Source of the DNA: Deltaproteobacteria bacterium
Lineage (GTDB): Bacteria; Desulfobacterota; Deferrimicrobia; Deferrimicrobiales; Deferrimicrobiaceae
Assembly: GCA_016220005.1 (NCBI GenBank)
Contig: JACRIV010000027.1
Span: 11,151-75,150, forward strand
DNA: 64,000 nucleotides
Direction of reading: 5' to 3'
The notes under the pieces were generated by a model, which made no database searches, had not been told where the DNA came from, and saw only the letters and a list, made by a program, of their open reading frames with translations. Shown here piece after piece: positions 1-9,306 of this stretch. Both the position numbers and the translations under genes were made by a program. Each line of letters opens with the position of its first letter. Position 1 is the first letter of the stretch.

Positions 1-505
1 CGGCGAAGGCGTTCATCCCCTGCGTCTCCATGACGTACACGCGAGGCATGGGCAGCCCCGAGGCGATCCGCATCTCCTCGACGACGTTCAGGAGCTGCCT
101 GTGCCGAGAGGGGTCGGCCTCGCGGGCGTCGTGGATCGAAAGGACGATCGAGGATCCGCTGAAATAGGCGGTTGCGGCCAGGATCGCGTACAGGACGAGG
201 GCGAGAGAAAGCCCCAGCCCGAAGCTTCCGTACGCCTTCCCGATGATCCCGCCCACGCCGAAGAAGGCGGCGAGCAGCAGGAGGAAGAGGAGCTGCGACA
301 TGCGGACGTTGCGGGCGGCGGCCTCGTCGAACGGGAGCATGGGGACAAGGCGCGATGCCCGGCCCCCTCGCGCTCGGACATCCCTGTCCTCGCTCCCCGC
401 GAGGGAGGAGACCCCTTTATGCACGAAGGCTTCCTGGCACAGGTTGCAGTAGGCCGCGTCCTCCCGGTTCACGGTGCCGCATCTCGGGCAGATCTGTCCC
501 GCCAC
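1..505 (-). CDS. M48 family metallopeptidase (HtpX-like), N-terminal part only; the gene continues past the window start
   Basis: Minus-strand frame from GTG at 505. It opens with a zinc ribbon (CPRCGTVNREDAAYCNLCQ) followed by hydrophobic segments. The segment ...ASGLPMPRVYVMETQGMNAFA resembles the HtpX/M48 N-terminal region. It starts 8 nt downstream of the lemA stop; the LemA-M48 pairing is a common arrangement. Confidence 0.5.
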   Translation of the reverse strand, partial: MAGQICPRCGTVNREDAAYCNLCQEAFVHKGVSSLAGSEDRDVRARGGRASRLVPMLPFDEAAARNVRMSQLLFLLLLAAFFGVGGIIGKAYGSFGLGLSLALVLYAILAATAYFSGSSIVLSIHDAREADPSRHRQLLNVVEEMRIASGLPMPRVYVMETQGMNAFA

Positions 506-512
506 TATGAGT

Positions 513-1061
513 TTACCGGAGGTCGGCCTTCGGGACGGCGCGGGCCTCCTCGCCCGCCTCGAAGTATTCCGTGAGGCGGAAGTCGAAGACCTGGGCGATG
601 AGGTTGGAGGGGATGGACTGGATCGTGTTGTTGTACGTCATGACGGAGTCGTTGTAGTACTGCCGCGCGAAGGAGATCTTGTTCTCCGTCGCCGTGAGCT
701 CCTCCTGGAGAGACGCGACGCTCTGGTTGGCCTTGAGGTCGGGGTAGTTCTCCACGACGGCGAAGAGGCTCTTCAGGGACTCCGTCAGGGCGTTCTCGGC
801 CTTGGCCTGCGCGGCCGTACCCCTGGCTTCGATCGCGGCCCCCCGCGCCGCGATCACCTTGCCGAGCGTCTCCTGCTCGTAGGACATGTAGTCCTTGACG
901 ATTTCGACGAGGTTGGGTATGAGATCGTAACGCCGCTTGAGCTGGACGTCGATCTGCTTCCACGCGTTCGCGAACCGGTTCCGCAACCGGACGAGCCGGT
1001 TGTACGTCAGCACGAACCAAGCAACCGCGGCCACGACGAGAATCCCGGGAATCCAGGCCAT
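513..1061 (-). CDS. lemA: LemA family protein
   Basis: Only the C-terminal 182 aa of the long 513..3674 ORF look genuine. The sequence MAWIPGILVVAAVAWFVLTYNRLVRLRNRFANAWKQIDVQLKRRYDLIPNLVEIVK... is a typical LemA sequence with one N-terminal TM helix. ATG at 1059-1061, TAA stop at 513-515. Confidence 0.85.
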   Translation of the reverse strand: MAWIPGILVVAAVAWFVLTYNRLVRLRNRFANAWKQIDVQLKRRYDLIPNLVEIVKDYMSYEQETLGKVIAARGAAIEARGTAAQAKAENALTESLKSLFAVVENYPDLKANQSVASLQEELTATENKISFARQYYNDSVMTYNNTIQSIPSNLIAQVFDFRLTEYFEAGEEARAVPKADLR

Positions 1062-1205
1062 TTGGCGCTCCCCCGAAAGCGTTTTTCCGGCGCAGGAGTA
1101 TTTCCCGGCCAGTCTATCGGATGTATTATGGATGTCAAACGAAAAGCAGGGCAATTTCCAGTCCCGACAAGGGTTTGCGGCCCGCCGCCGTGCGGGGGGA
1201 GGACG

Positions 1206-3572
1206 ATGATCGCACATCCGGGCGCAAGAAGCTTGAAGATCTCTTCCGAAAGGGATAGGGGGAAGGATCGGCCGTCCTTTCCGGAGCTCCTGGCGCCCGC
1301 CGGCTCCGCGGAAGCCTACTTCGCCGCCGTCTCGGCGGGGGCGGACGCCGTCTACCTCGGCCTCGAGAAATTCAGCGCCCGGGAGCGGGCGGAGAATTTC
1401 ACCCTCGAGGAATTGTGCAGGGTCCTGCCGCACTCCAAGGCGCACGGGGTGCGGGTCTACCTCGCGATGAACACGCTTCTCACGGAGGCGGACCTCCCCG
1501 AGGCGATCTCGCTGCTCCACCAGGTGGCGCCGTTGTCCCCCGATGGAGTCATCGTCCAGGACCTGGGCCTCCTGCGCATCGTCCGCGAGTATTTCCCCGG
1601 GCTTCCCATCCATGTCAGCACCCAGGCCGGATGCGCCTCGGCCTCGGCCGCCGCCGAGTTCGCGCGGCTGGGGGGCCAGCGGGTGATCCTCGAGCGCCAC
1701 CTGACTCTCGACGAGGTCCGCCGGATCGTTCCCCGGGCACCCGTGGGGATCGAGATTTTCGTTCACGGCGCGATGTGCTATTCCTATTCGGGAAAATGCT
1801 TCTTCTCCTCCTTCCTCGGGGGCAAGAGCGGGAACCGCGGGGCGTGCGTGCAGCCTTGCCGTCGGCTCTATGGACACCCCGGTGGCGAGGAGGCGGTCTT
1901 CTCGACGCGCGATCTTTCTCTCATCGACCGGCTCCCGGAGCTGGTGAAGCTGGGCTTCACCGCATTCAAGATCGAAGGGCGGATGCGCAGCGCCGAGTAC
2001 GTGGCGGGCGTCGTCTCCGCATACCGGGCGGCCCTTGACCTCATCCGCGAGGGGAAGCCGGCGGAGGGAGTCGCGGAGGGAAGGAAGATCCTTGCCGAAG
2101 TGATCGGGCGGGAAGAAACGCCGGGCCTGACCGGCGGGGCGGCCCCCGGCGAGGTCGTCGCCGGCGGAAGCACGGGGAACGTGGGAGAACCGCTGGGCGC
2201 CATACGGGACGTCCGGGAGGGATGGGCGTTCATTCCGGGGAGCGTCGCCGTGTCGCGGGGGGACAGGCTCCGCGTCCAGTTCCAGTCCGACGGGTCGGGG
2301 AAGGGGTTCACGGCGCTCTCGATGCGGGCCGATGCGGGCGGCCTCTACGTCAAGGCGCCCTTTCCCGTCTCCCCCGGAGACCTCCTGTTCCGCGTGGGCG
2401 GAGGCGGACGAGCCGTGCTGACCCGCCGGGCGAAAAGAGAGATGGAGGCGATCCTCTCGGGAGGGCTGGGATTCCGGGTCGTCGTCGGAGATGGACTGGT
2501 GGCCATCGAAGCGGCTTACGGGAAAGTGAAGAGGTCGTTCTCCTTCCGCGTCTCGGGGGGGAGCGGCGCCGCCGCGGGGCGGCTTCCTCCCGACGCCGAG
2601 GCGAGGCTTCGGAGCGCCTGCCGCTGCGACCTCCCCTTCAGTGAGATCCGCGTCGAAGGGCACGGCGCGACGGTTTCCTGGCCGGACGTGGAGGCCCTGT
2701 TCGTGAAGGCCGCCAGGAAGTTCGACAAGGATTTCTACCTTTCCGGCAAGGAGCTCCGCCTCTCCATCCTCCCGGCGCTCCGGGTCTCCGGGAACCGGCG
2801 GGAGAAGGTCCCGGCGGTCTTCTTCACGGGATGCCTCCCCGATCAGCTTGCGCACCTTCCGCGGGGCGAGGAAATCGTCCCCGTGGTGGAATTCACACGG
2901 GGGCTTGCGAGGGACCCCGCGCCGGCCGGGCGCGGCCCGTTCCGCGACCGTACTTATCTCCGCCTGGCGCCCCCGTTCCTCGAAAGCGACGCCGCGTTTC
3001 TCAGGCGGACCGTCAGGGAGGCGGTCCTCAAGGGGCACCGCCGCTGGGTGGTTTCCGACGTGGGCCACTTCGCGCTCTTCGCGGGGTTCGACCTGCGGCG
3101 CGAGGTGACCCTGATCAGCGACCATTACCTGTACGGTTTCAACATGGGGGCGCTCTCCGTCCTGTCCCGCCTGGGCGCCTCCCGGATGGTCCTCCCCATC
3201 GAGGCGCCGCTTTCCGCCCTGCGCGCGGTGGGGAAATACCTGCACGGCCTGGGGATCGCCGTGGCCTACGCCGCCGTGCCCCTGATGATCTCCCACCTCG
3301 TTCCCGCCGCCGGGGTCCGGGGGGAGGTCGTGAGCCCCAGGGCGGAGCGGTTCGCGGTCGAGGCCGACGACCGCGGGTCGACCGTCCGTCCGGACCGGCC
3401 GTTCTCCGCCTCGGGCTCTCTCCACGAGATCCGAGCCGCGGGGATCCAGGATTTCTACGTGGACCTGCATGCCGTCCCCCACGAAGGGATCGGGCCGCTC
3501 TTCGACGCGCTGCTCTCCGACAGGGAGATCCCCGGCGCCTCCACCTTCAACCTCTTCCGGGGAAACTTCTAG
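1206..3572 (+). CDS. Peptidase U32 family protein (long form, ~788 aa, with an extended C-terminal region)
   Basis: Carries the U32 signature PELLAPAGS...AYFAAVSAGADAVYLGLEKFSARE...CYSYSGKCFFSSFLGGKSGNRGACVQPCRR. ATG at 1206 is preceded by GGGGGGAGGA. The upstream half of the ORF-track entry (474..) is antisense to lemA and was rejected. Confidence 0.8.
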   Translation: MIAHPGARSLKISSERDRGKDRPSFPELLAPAGSAEAYFAAVSAGADAVYLGLEKFSARERAENFTLEELCRVLPHSKAHGVRVYLAMNTLLTEADLPEAISLLHQVAPLSPDGVIVQDLGLLRIVREYFPGLPIHVSTQAGCASASAAAEFARLGGQRVILERHLTLDEVRRIVPRAPVGIEIFVHGAMCYSYSGKCFFSSFLGGKSGNRGACVQPCRRLYGHPGGEEAVFSTRDLSLIDRLPELVKLGFTAFKIEGRMRSAEYVAGVVSAYRAALDLIREGKPAEGVAEGRKILAEVIGREETPGLTGGAAPGEVVAGGSTGNVGEPLGAIRDVREGWAFIPGSVAVSRGDRLRVQFQSDGSGKGFTALSMRADAGGLYVKAPFPVSPGDLLFRVGGGGRAVLTRRAKREMEAILSGGLGFRVVVGDGLVAIEAAYGKVKRSFSFRVSGGSGAAAGRLPPDAEARLRSACRCDLPFSEIRVEGHGATVSWPDVEALFVKAARKFDKDFYLSGKELRLSILPALRVSGNRREKVPAVFFTGCLPDQLAHLPRGEEIVPVVEFTRGLARDPAPAGRGPFRDRTYLRLAPPFLESDAAFLRRTVREAVLKGHRRWVVSDVGHFALFAGFDLRREVTLISDHYLYGFNMGALSVLSRLGASRMVLPIEAPLSALRAVGKYLHGLGIAVAYAAVPLMISHLVPAAGVRGEVVSPRAERFAVEADDRGSTVRPDRPFSASGSLHEIRAAGIQDFYVDLHAVPHEGIGPLFDALLSDREIPGASTFNLFRGNF

Positions 3573-3688
3573 TGCACCGTCTCGTAAATAGCTTGAAGCA
3601 CCGAGAGCGTCGATGCGCCGCGCCAGCGAGGCGCGCGACTGAGGCATACTTTTAAGTATGGTGAACGAGCACAACGAAGCTGGAGCGG

Positions 3689-5758
3689 ATGCAGCGGCGC
3701 TCGAATGCCAAGATATTTGCGAGACGGTGCACTAGGTTGGCCCCGCTTTCGAAGGTCCGCAATATCGGGATCATCGCCCACATCGACGCCGGGAAGACCA
3801 CGTTCACCGAGCGGGTCCTGTTCTACTCGGGGGTCACCCATCGGATGGGCGAGGTCCACGAGGGCGACGCCCAGATGGACTACCTGCCGCAGGAGCGGGA
3901 GCGGGGGATCACGATTACGGCGGCGGTCACCCAATTCCAGTGGCTCGGGGCGGAGGTCCACCTGATCGACACCCCCGGGCACGTGGATTTCACGATCGAG
4001 GTGGAACGGTCGCTCCGAGTGCTGGACGGGGCCGTGGTGATCTTCGAGGGCGTGGCCGGCGTGGAGGCCCAGTCGGAAATGGTGTGGAGGCAGGCCGATC
4101 GTCACGGTATCCCTCGGGTCGCGTTCATCAACAAGCTCGACCGGCCGGGGGCCGATTTCGACCGGGTGATCCGGGAGATGAAGGAGAGGCTCTCCGCCCG
4201 GGGGGTCCCGGTGACGGCACCGCTGCACGGCGACGGGGCATTCCGGGCGGTGGCGGACCTGGTCACGATGGAGCGCGTCGAGTTTTCGGAGAACGGGCAC
4301 GGCCAGGAGGTCCGGAGGACGCTTCTCGCGGAGGAGGACAGGCGTCTTGTAGCCCGGCACCGCGAGGCGCTTCTTGAGGCCGCGGCGGACGCGGATGACC
4401 GGGTCGCCGAGATGTACCTCGGGGGGGAGGAGATCCCGCCCTCCATGCTCCGCGCGGCGATCCGGAAAGGGACGCTCGCCAACCGCTTCTTCCCCGTGTT
4501 CGCCGGCGCGGCGCTGCGCAACAAGGGGGTGCAGCCGGTCATGGACGGAATCGTGCAGTTCCTCCCCTCGCCGCTGGAAAGGCCTGCCGCTTCGGGGGAC
4601 GATCCCCGCACCGGAGTCCCGACCCGGCGGGAGCCTTCGCCTTCCGCGCCCTTCTCGGCGCTGGTGTTCAAGGTGGTGATCGAGGAAGGCCGCCGGACGG
4701 TCTACATTCGAATCTACTCCGGGAAGGTGAATGAGGGGGATCTCCTCCTCAATGCCTCCACCGGTGAGCAGGAGAAGGTCGCGCGGCTCTTCCGCATGCA
4801 CGCGGGGAAGAAGGAGAGGATTCTCGCGGCGACGGCCGGGGAGATCGTTGCGGCGAGGGGAGTCAAGTCCGCCCGCACGGGAGACACGCTCTGCGACCCC
4901 GCGGCGCCCATCCTCCTCGAGCCGATAGAGATCCGCAGGCCCGTGGTGTCGATCGCCGTGGAGCCCAGGACGCTCCGGGACATTGACCGCCTCCGGGACA
5001 CGCTTGCGGCGATCATGGACGAGGACCCGACGCTTGCGAGCAAGGAGGACGCCGACACCGGACAGATCATCCTGTCCGGGATGGGGGAGCTCCACCTGGA
5101 TATCCTGGTGGACCGCCTCGCCAGGGACTTCGGGCTCGCGGTCCGCACGGGGAAGCCGCAGGTCGTCTATCGGGAGACGATCGCCGAAACGGCGAGCGCG
5201 GAGACGGTCTTCGAGCGGGAGATCGCGGAGCGGCTGGTGAGCGTGAAGATCGCCCTTTCGGTCCAGCCGGGGCCGCGCGGTTCGGGGGTGAAGATCTCGG
5301 ACCGGCTGCGGATGCTCTCCCTGCCCCAGGAGGCGGCCGATGCCGTGGAGCAGGGGATCCGGGAGGGGACGTTCGCGGGCGTCCTGGGCTACCCGGTGGA
5401 CGACGTGGCGGTGGAGGTCGCCCACGTGGAGTTCCTCTCCGGCACGGCATCGCCCCTGGCCGCCAGGGTAGCCGCGGTGAAGGCGTTCCTCTCCGCGTAC
5501 GAGAAGGGGAAGCCGTACCTGCTGGAACCGGTCATGGAGGTGGAGGTCAACGTGCCCGACGAGTTCCTGGGCGGGGTCATCGGCGACATCAACGCGCGCC
5601 GGGGGCGGATCACCCTCGTGGACCGGAGGCAGGACGCGAGCCTCCTTTCCGCCGCGGTCCCTCTCAGGGAGATGTTCGGGTACGTGACGGCCCTGCGTTC
5701 CCTGTCGCAGGGGCGGGGCATCCATAGGATGAAGTTCTCCCATTACGATAAGGCATGA
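3689..5758 (+). CDS. fusA: Elongation factor G paralog (EF-G2-like translational GTPase)
   Basis: G domain NIGIIAHIDAGKTTFTERVLFYSG...DTPGHVDFTIEVERSLRVLDGAVVIFEGVAGVEAQSE...INKLDR, with EF-G domains II–V following. It is not in a str-operon context (flanked by a U32 peptidase and an acyl-CoA dehydrogenase), so it is probably a second EF-G copy. Confidence 0.85.
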   Translation: MQRRSNAKIFARRCTRLAPLSKVRNIGIIAHIDAGKTTFTERVLFYSGVTHRMGEVHEGDAQMDYLPQERERGITITAAVTQFQWLGAEVHLIDTPGHVDFTIEVERSLRVLDGAVVIFEGVAGVEAQSEMVWRQADRHGIPRVAFINKLDRPGADFDRVIREMKERLSARGVPVTAPLHGDGAFRAVADLVTMERVEFSENGHGQEVRRTLLAEEDRRLVARHREALLEAAADADDRVAEMYLGGEEIPPSMLRAAIRKGTLANRFFPVFAGAALRNKGVQPVMDGIVQFLPSPLERPAASGDDPRTGVPTRREPSPSAPFSALVFKVVIEEGRRTVYIRIYSGKVNEGDLLLNASTGEQEKVARLFRMHAGKKERILAATAGEIVAARGVKSARTGDTLCDPAAPILLEPIEIRRPVVSIAVEPRTLRDIDRLRDTLAAIMDEDPTLASKEDADTGQIILSGMGELHLDILVDRLARDFGLAVRTGKPQVVYRETIAETASAETVFEREIAERLVSVKIALSVQPGPRGSGVKISDRLRMLSLPQEAADAVEQGIREGTFAGVLGYPVDDVAVEVAHVEFLSGTASPLAARVAAVKAFLSAYEKGKPYLLEPVMEVEVNVPDEFLGGVIGDINARRGRITLVDRRQDASLLSAAVPLREMFGYVTALRSLSQGRGIHRMKFSHYDKA

Positions 5759-5837
5759 GGAAGAGGGAGGCGGCATGTCGAACGACAATGGAGGGATACC
5801 TTGACGCGCGATATAAGCGCCATACAAGGAGGACGCC

Positions 5838-7109
5838 ATGGACGATTTCATGCTCGATGAGACGGCACGCATGATCCGCGACAAGGTACGGGAGTTCGTC
5901 AAGAACGACGTGGATCCGGAGTACCTTCGGCGGATGGACCGGGACGAGATCCGCTATCCGCGGGAGCTGTACGAGGCGTACGCCCGGCACCAGCTGCTCG
6001 GGCTCCGTTTCCCGAAGGAGTACGGCGGCCGGGAGATGAACTGGGTGGCGGAGTGCGCGGCGATGGAGGAAATCGGCTATCTTGGAACGGCCGCCGGCTG
6101 CTCCTTCGTCATGCCTTCCATCGTCGGCGAGGCGCTCACCAAATTCGGCACGGAGGAGCAGAAGCGGAAGTATCTCAGGCCGATGTTGCAGGGAAAGCTC
6201 GTCGCCGCCGAAGCGCTCACCGAGCCGCGCGGCGGGTCGGACTTCTTCGGCGCCTCCAGCCGCGCGAAGGACATGGGGGATCACTTCGTGGTCAGCGGCA
6301 TGAAACGGTTCATCGTCGGCGCGGAAGGGGCGGACTTCTTCTTCGCGTATGTCCGCACCAACCTCGAGGAAAACGCGCCGGTACAGGCGCGCATCAGCGC
6401 CATGCTCATCGACCGCGGCCCGGGTGTGGAGGTCAAGTATCTGTACGGCCTCATGGGCACGCGCGGCGGCGGGACCGGACGGGTGGTGTTCCGCGACGTC
6501 AAGGTGCCCAAGGCCAACCTCGTCGGCCCGCTCCACGGCGGGGCGCTGGTGTTCAATACGATGATGATCCCGGAGCGCCTGACGAGCGCCGCCCCGTGCG
6601 CCGGCGGCATGAAGGCGGCGCTGGATGTCGCCATGAACTACGCCGACCGCCGCAAGGCCTTCGGGCGGCCGATCCGGAAGTTCCAGGCGGTGAGCTTCAT
6701 GATCGCCCGGGCGCAGACGCTCATCGACGCCAGCCGCGCAACGGTCTACCAGGCCGCCCGCGCCGCCGACGCGGGCGCCCCCAACCTGCGCCGGATCGTG
6801 TCGGAAACGAAGAAGTTCGTCACCGAAGCCGCGTGGGAGGTAGTCAACGTCGCGATGCAGGTGACGGGAGGCATCGGGTACACCGACGTGTACCCGATCG
6901 AGCGCGCCGTGCGCGACATGCGGCTGGCGCAGATCTGGACCGGCACCAACGAGATCATGAGCGCCATGATCCAGCATGACCTGTACGAGGAGTTCCGCAC
7001 CGAGCGCGGCCGCTACCGCGACTTCGAAAAGGACGCCATGCACGACGACGCGTCGGAGAAGATCTTCGATGACGATGATATGTGGAAGGTCTATGAGGTA
7101 GAGGCATGA
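5838..7109 (+). CDS. Acyl-CoA dehydrogenase family protein
   Basis: 423 aa. Contains typical acyl-CoA dehydrogenase segments ...LTEPRGGSDFFGASSRAKD... and ...NVAMQVTGGIGYTDVYPIERAVRDMRLAQIWTGTNEIM. ATG preceded by AAGGAGGA. Confidence 0.85.
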   Translation: MDDFMLDETARMIRDKVREFVKNDVDPEYLRRMDRDEIRYPRELYEAYARHQLLGLRFPKEYGGREMNWVAECAAMEEIGYLGTAAGCSFVMPSIVGEALTKFGTEEQKRKYLRPMLQGKLVAAEALTEPRGGSDFFGASSRAKDMGDHFVVSGMKRFIVGAEGADFFFAYVRTNLEENAPVQARISAMLIDRGPGVEVKYLYGLMGTRGGGTGRVVFRDVKVPKANLVGPLHGGALVFNTMMIPERLTSAAPCAGGMKAALDVAMNYADRRKAFGRPIRKFQAVSFMIARAQTLIDASRATVYQAARAADAGAPNLRRIVSETKKFVTEAAWEVVNVAMQVTGGIGYTDVYPIERAVRDMRLAQIWTGTNEIMSAMIQHDLYEEFRTERGRYRDFEKDAMHDDASEKIFDDDDMWKVYEVEA

Positions 7110-7576
7110 AGGTGTTCGACGAGGAGTTCTACAAGGACCGCGTGAACGCGTTCCCCTTCGTGAAGCTCATGGGGATGCGGCTCCTTTCCTCGGGCGGCGG
7201 GAAGAGCGTCATGGAGTGCCGGATCCGGCCGATCCTTAAGAACTCGGGGGGGACCCTCCACGGCGGGGTGATGGGGGCCCTGGTCGACATGTCGGTCGCC
7301 ACCGCGCTGCGGAGCGTGATGCCGCTGTCCTCGAAGATGACCACGGTGGAGTACAAGGTGAACTTCCTCAAGCCCGTATCGGAGGGGAAGGTCACAGCGC
7401 ACGGCAACATCCTGCGGCTCGGCAGGACGATCGCGGTGGGGGCCACGGAGATCCGGAACGACGCGGGGGAAACGGTTGCCTTCGGGTCGGCCACCTACTA
7501 TATCCTGAACGTCCGGTCCCAGGCGGAAGGTCCTGCTATAATGAAGGGGAAAACGGGGCGGGGGAGGAAACGGTAG
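7106..7576 (+). CDS. PaaI-family (hotdog fold) acyl-CoA thioesterase
   Basis: 156 aa. Shows the hotdog-fold pattern ...GGTLHGGVMGALVDMSVATAL...HGNILRLGRTIAVGATEIRNDAGETVAFGSATYYIL. Its start overlaps the acyl-CoA dehydrogenase stop (ATGA), so the two are probably one operon. Confidence 0.75.
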   Translation: MKVFDEEFYKDRVNAFPFVKLMGMRLLSSGGGKSVMECRIRPILKNSGGTLHGGVMGALVDMSVATALRSVMPLSSKMTTVEYKVNFLKPVSEGKVTAHGNILRLGRTIAVGATEIRNDAGETVAFGSATYYILNVRSQAEGPAIMKGKTGRGRKR

Positions 7577-7792
7577 ATGACCAGGGAAGGGCCGATCAGG
7601 CCGGACATGATCGTCGGGGAGGTGCTTAAGGACTATCCCGGCCTGCGGGGGAAGATCCGGGAGTTCTTCGGCTCGGAATGCCTGCAGTGCCGTTCGAACA
7701 AGTCGGAGACGATCACCTACACGTCGTGGCACAGGGGTCTCGACCCCCAGCAGGTCTGCAGGGAGCTGAACTCGATCCTCGGGGAAAAATAG
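7577..7792 (+). CDS. DUF1858-like small redox-disulfide domain protein
   Basis: 71 aa (MIVGEVLKDYPGLRGKIREFFGSECLQCRSNKSETI...) resembling the DUF1858 domain found with hybrid-cluster proteins. ATG is directly after the upstream stop and preceded by GGGAGGAAA. Confidence 0.5.
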   Translation: MTREGPIRPDMIVGEVLKDYPGLRGKIREFFGSECLQCRSNKSETITYTSWHRGLDPQQVCRELNSILGEK

Positions 7793-7892
7793 GGCGTCGC
7801 TTTGCCGTACCGCTCTTTCCGGATGAGAAAGGGGGGGAACCAACCTGGAGGAACCTGCGGCGCTCATCGCCGAGGAGACGATCCAGGCGCGG

Positions 7893-8375
7893 GTGACGGA
7901 GCTGGCTCGCCGGATCTCGGCGGATTATGCGGGCGTCGACGAGCTGCTCCTGGTCGGCGTCCTGCGGGGCTGCTACATCTTCCTCGCCGACCTGTCCAGG
8001 CGCCTGACGATCCCCAGGCGCATCGACTTCATTTCCCTTGCCTCCTACGGGCAGACCGCGACCTCGACGGGGGCCGTGCGCCTCATCATGGATCTGCGGA
8101 CCGACATCGCGGGGAAGCACGTCCTGATCGTCGAGGACATCGTCGACACCGGGTTCACCCTCGACTACCTGATGTCCATCCTGGTGCCGCGCAGGCCGGC
8201 ATCCCTGAAGACCTGCGCACTGCTTCGCAAGCCGGACCGGCTCAGGAAGGACGTGAAGATCGATTACCTGGGATTCGACATCCCCGACGTGTGGGTGGTG
8301 GGATACGGGCTCGACTATCGCGACATGTATCGCGCCCTTCCCTGCATCGCCGTAGTGAAGGCCGGCGGGGGATGA
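7893..8375 (+). CDS. hpt: Hypoxanthine phosphoribosyltransferase; annotated from the first in-frame start, but the true N-terminus probably begins at ATG 7823 with a frameshift in the G7 run at 7831-7837
   Basis: The Hpt core runs through ...HVLIVEDIVDTGFTLDYLM...; the conserved N-terminal stretch EEPAALIAEETIQARVTELARRISADY continues upstream of the GTG without an in-frame start. Removing one G from the GGGGGGG run joins ATG 7823 in frame, giving MRKGGTNLEEPAALIAEETIQARV... Confidence 0.8.
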   Translation: MTELARRISADYAGVDELLLVGVLRGCYIFLADLSRRLTIPRRIDFISLASYGQTATSTGAVRLIMDLRTDIAGKHVLIVEDIVDTGFTLDYLMSILVPRRPASLKTCALLRKPDRLRKDVKIDYLGFDIPDVWVVGYGLDYRDMYRALPCIAVVKAGGG

Positions 8376-8385
8376 GAGGGAGGGG

Positions 8386-9273
8386 TCACGCTCTCGCCGC
8401 GTACCGGTCCCCCTGGCGGGCCGCGTCCCCCCGCGCGAGCATCCCTTCCAGGTGCTTGGATAGAAGCGCCCATTCCCCGTAGTCGAACCATGGACCCGCG
8501 TGCCCCTCGCCGTAGAGTATCCGCCGGGCGATGATCTCCTGCCTGCTGCGGGGACGGCGCAGGAAGTCCCTCAAGGCGTCCTCGCGGCGGTCGATGCAGG
8601 AAAGGTACGCGGCGATCTTCGGGCCGATGTCTCCCCGGTGGACCGCCTCCTCGTGGGAGACGACGTTGACCGGGGCGCCGATCTCCGCAAGCAGCCTGGC
8701 CGACCGGCGGAACGTCTCGATGCTCCCGGGCTTGTCCCCGTACCACGGTCCGAACGCCGTGAGGTCGTAATCGCCCAGGAACAGGATCCCCTCGGAAGGG
8801 AAATGGAGACACAGGTGGCCGGGCGTATGCCCCGGCGCGACGACGGCCACCGCCTCGGTGCGGCCGAAGTGGAGGCGCTCCCCGTCCGCGATCCGGCGGG
8901 CGACCCTGCGGGCGGCGAAGGAGAACTTCTCGGCAAGGAGCGTCCTGAAGAAATATTCCCATTCCGACCCCGCCACGCCGTAGCGGTCCAGCAGCGTCTC
9001 GAAGGATTCCAGGGCGGAGGCGTCCGCCTCGGAGCTCCACACGTCCACGTCCGGGAGCATGTGGAGAAAGAGGAAGTGGTCCTCGTGATAGTGGGTCATC
9101 ACGACGGCCGCAAGTCCCTCCTCCTTCTTCAGGCGGAGGATGTCCTGGAGGTCCGAGCCGCAGTCGATCAGAACGCCGCCGCCGTCCTTCACGTACAGCG
9201 AGTGGGCGTACGGGTAGCGTCCTCCCTTGCCCCCTTCGACGAGCCAGATCCGGTCGGCAAGCCGCTGGATCAT
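8386..9273 (-). CDS. MBL-fold metallo-hydrolase
   Basis: Starts MIQRLADRIWLVEGG...; metal-binding motif VMTHYHEDHFLFL and a downstream PGHTPGH. ATG at 9273 is preceded by GGAGGAGGTGGAGGG. The upstream part of the ORF-track entry (to 9432) lies in repeat A1 and was rejected. Confidence 0.75.
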   Translation of the reverse strand: MIQRLADRIWLVEGGKGGRYPYAHSLYVKDGGGVLIDCGSDLQDILRLKKEEGLAAVVMTHYHEDHFLFLHMLPDVDVWSSEADASALESFETLLDRYGVAGSEWEYFFRTLLAEKFSFAARRVARRIADGERLHFGRTEAVAVVAPGHTPGHLCLHFPSEGILFLGDYDLTAFGPWYGDKPGSIETFRRSARLLAEIGAPVNVVSHEEAVHRGDIGPKIAAYLSCIDRREDALRDFLRRPRSRQEIIARRILYGEGHAGPWFDYGEWALLSKHLEGMLARGDAARQGDRYAARA

Positions 9274-9306
9274 CCCTCCACCTCCTCCCGCAATGGACGC
9301 CGAAGC

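Noticed and set aside
513-3674. 1053-aa minus-strand ORF
   Set aside because: Only its last 182 codons (LemA, 513-1061) look like protein. The rest is Arg/Gly/Pro-rich, low-complexity translation antisense to the well-supported U32 peptidase, the stop-free shadow frame typical of high-GC DNA.
3569-5902. 777-aa minus-strand ORF
   Set aside because: Antisense shadow of the EF-G gene; its composition is Arg/Pro/Gly-rich with no motifs.
5664-7043. 459-aa minus-strand ORF and several 60–300-aa plus-strand ORFs in 5838-7109
   Set aside because: All overlap the acyl-CoA dehydrogenase frame, which has clear family motifs; the others are shadow frames.
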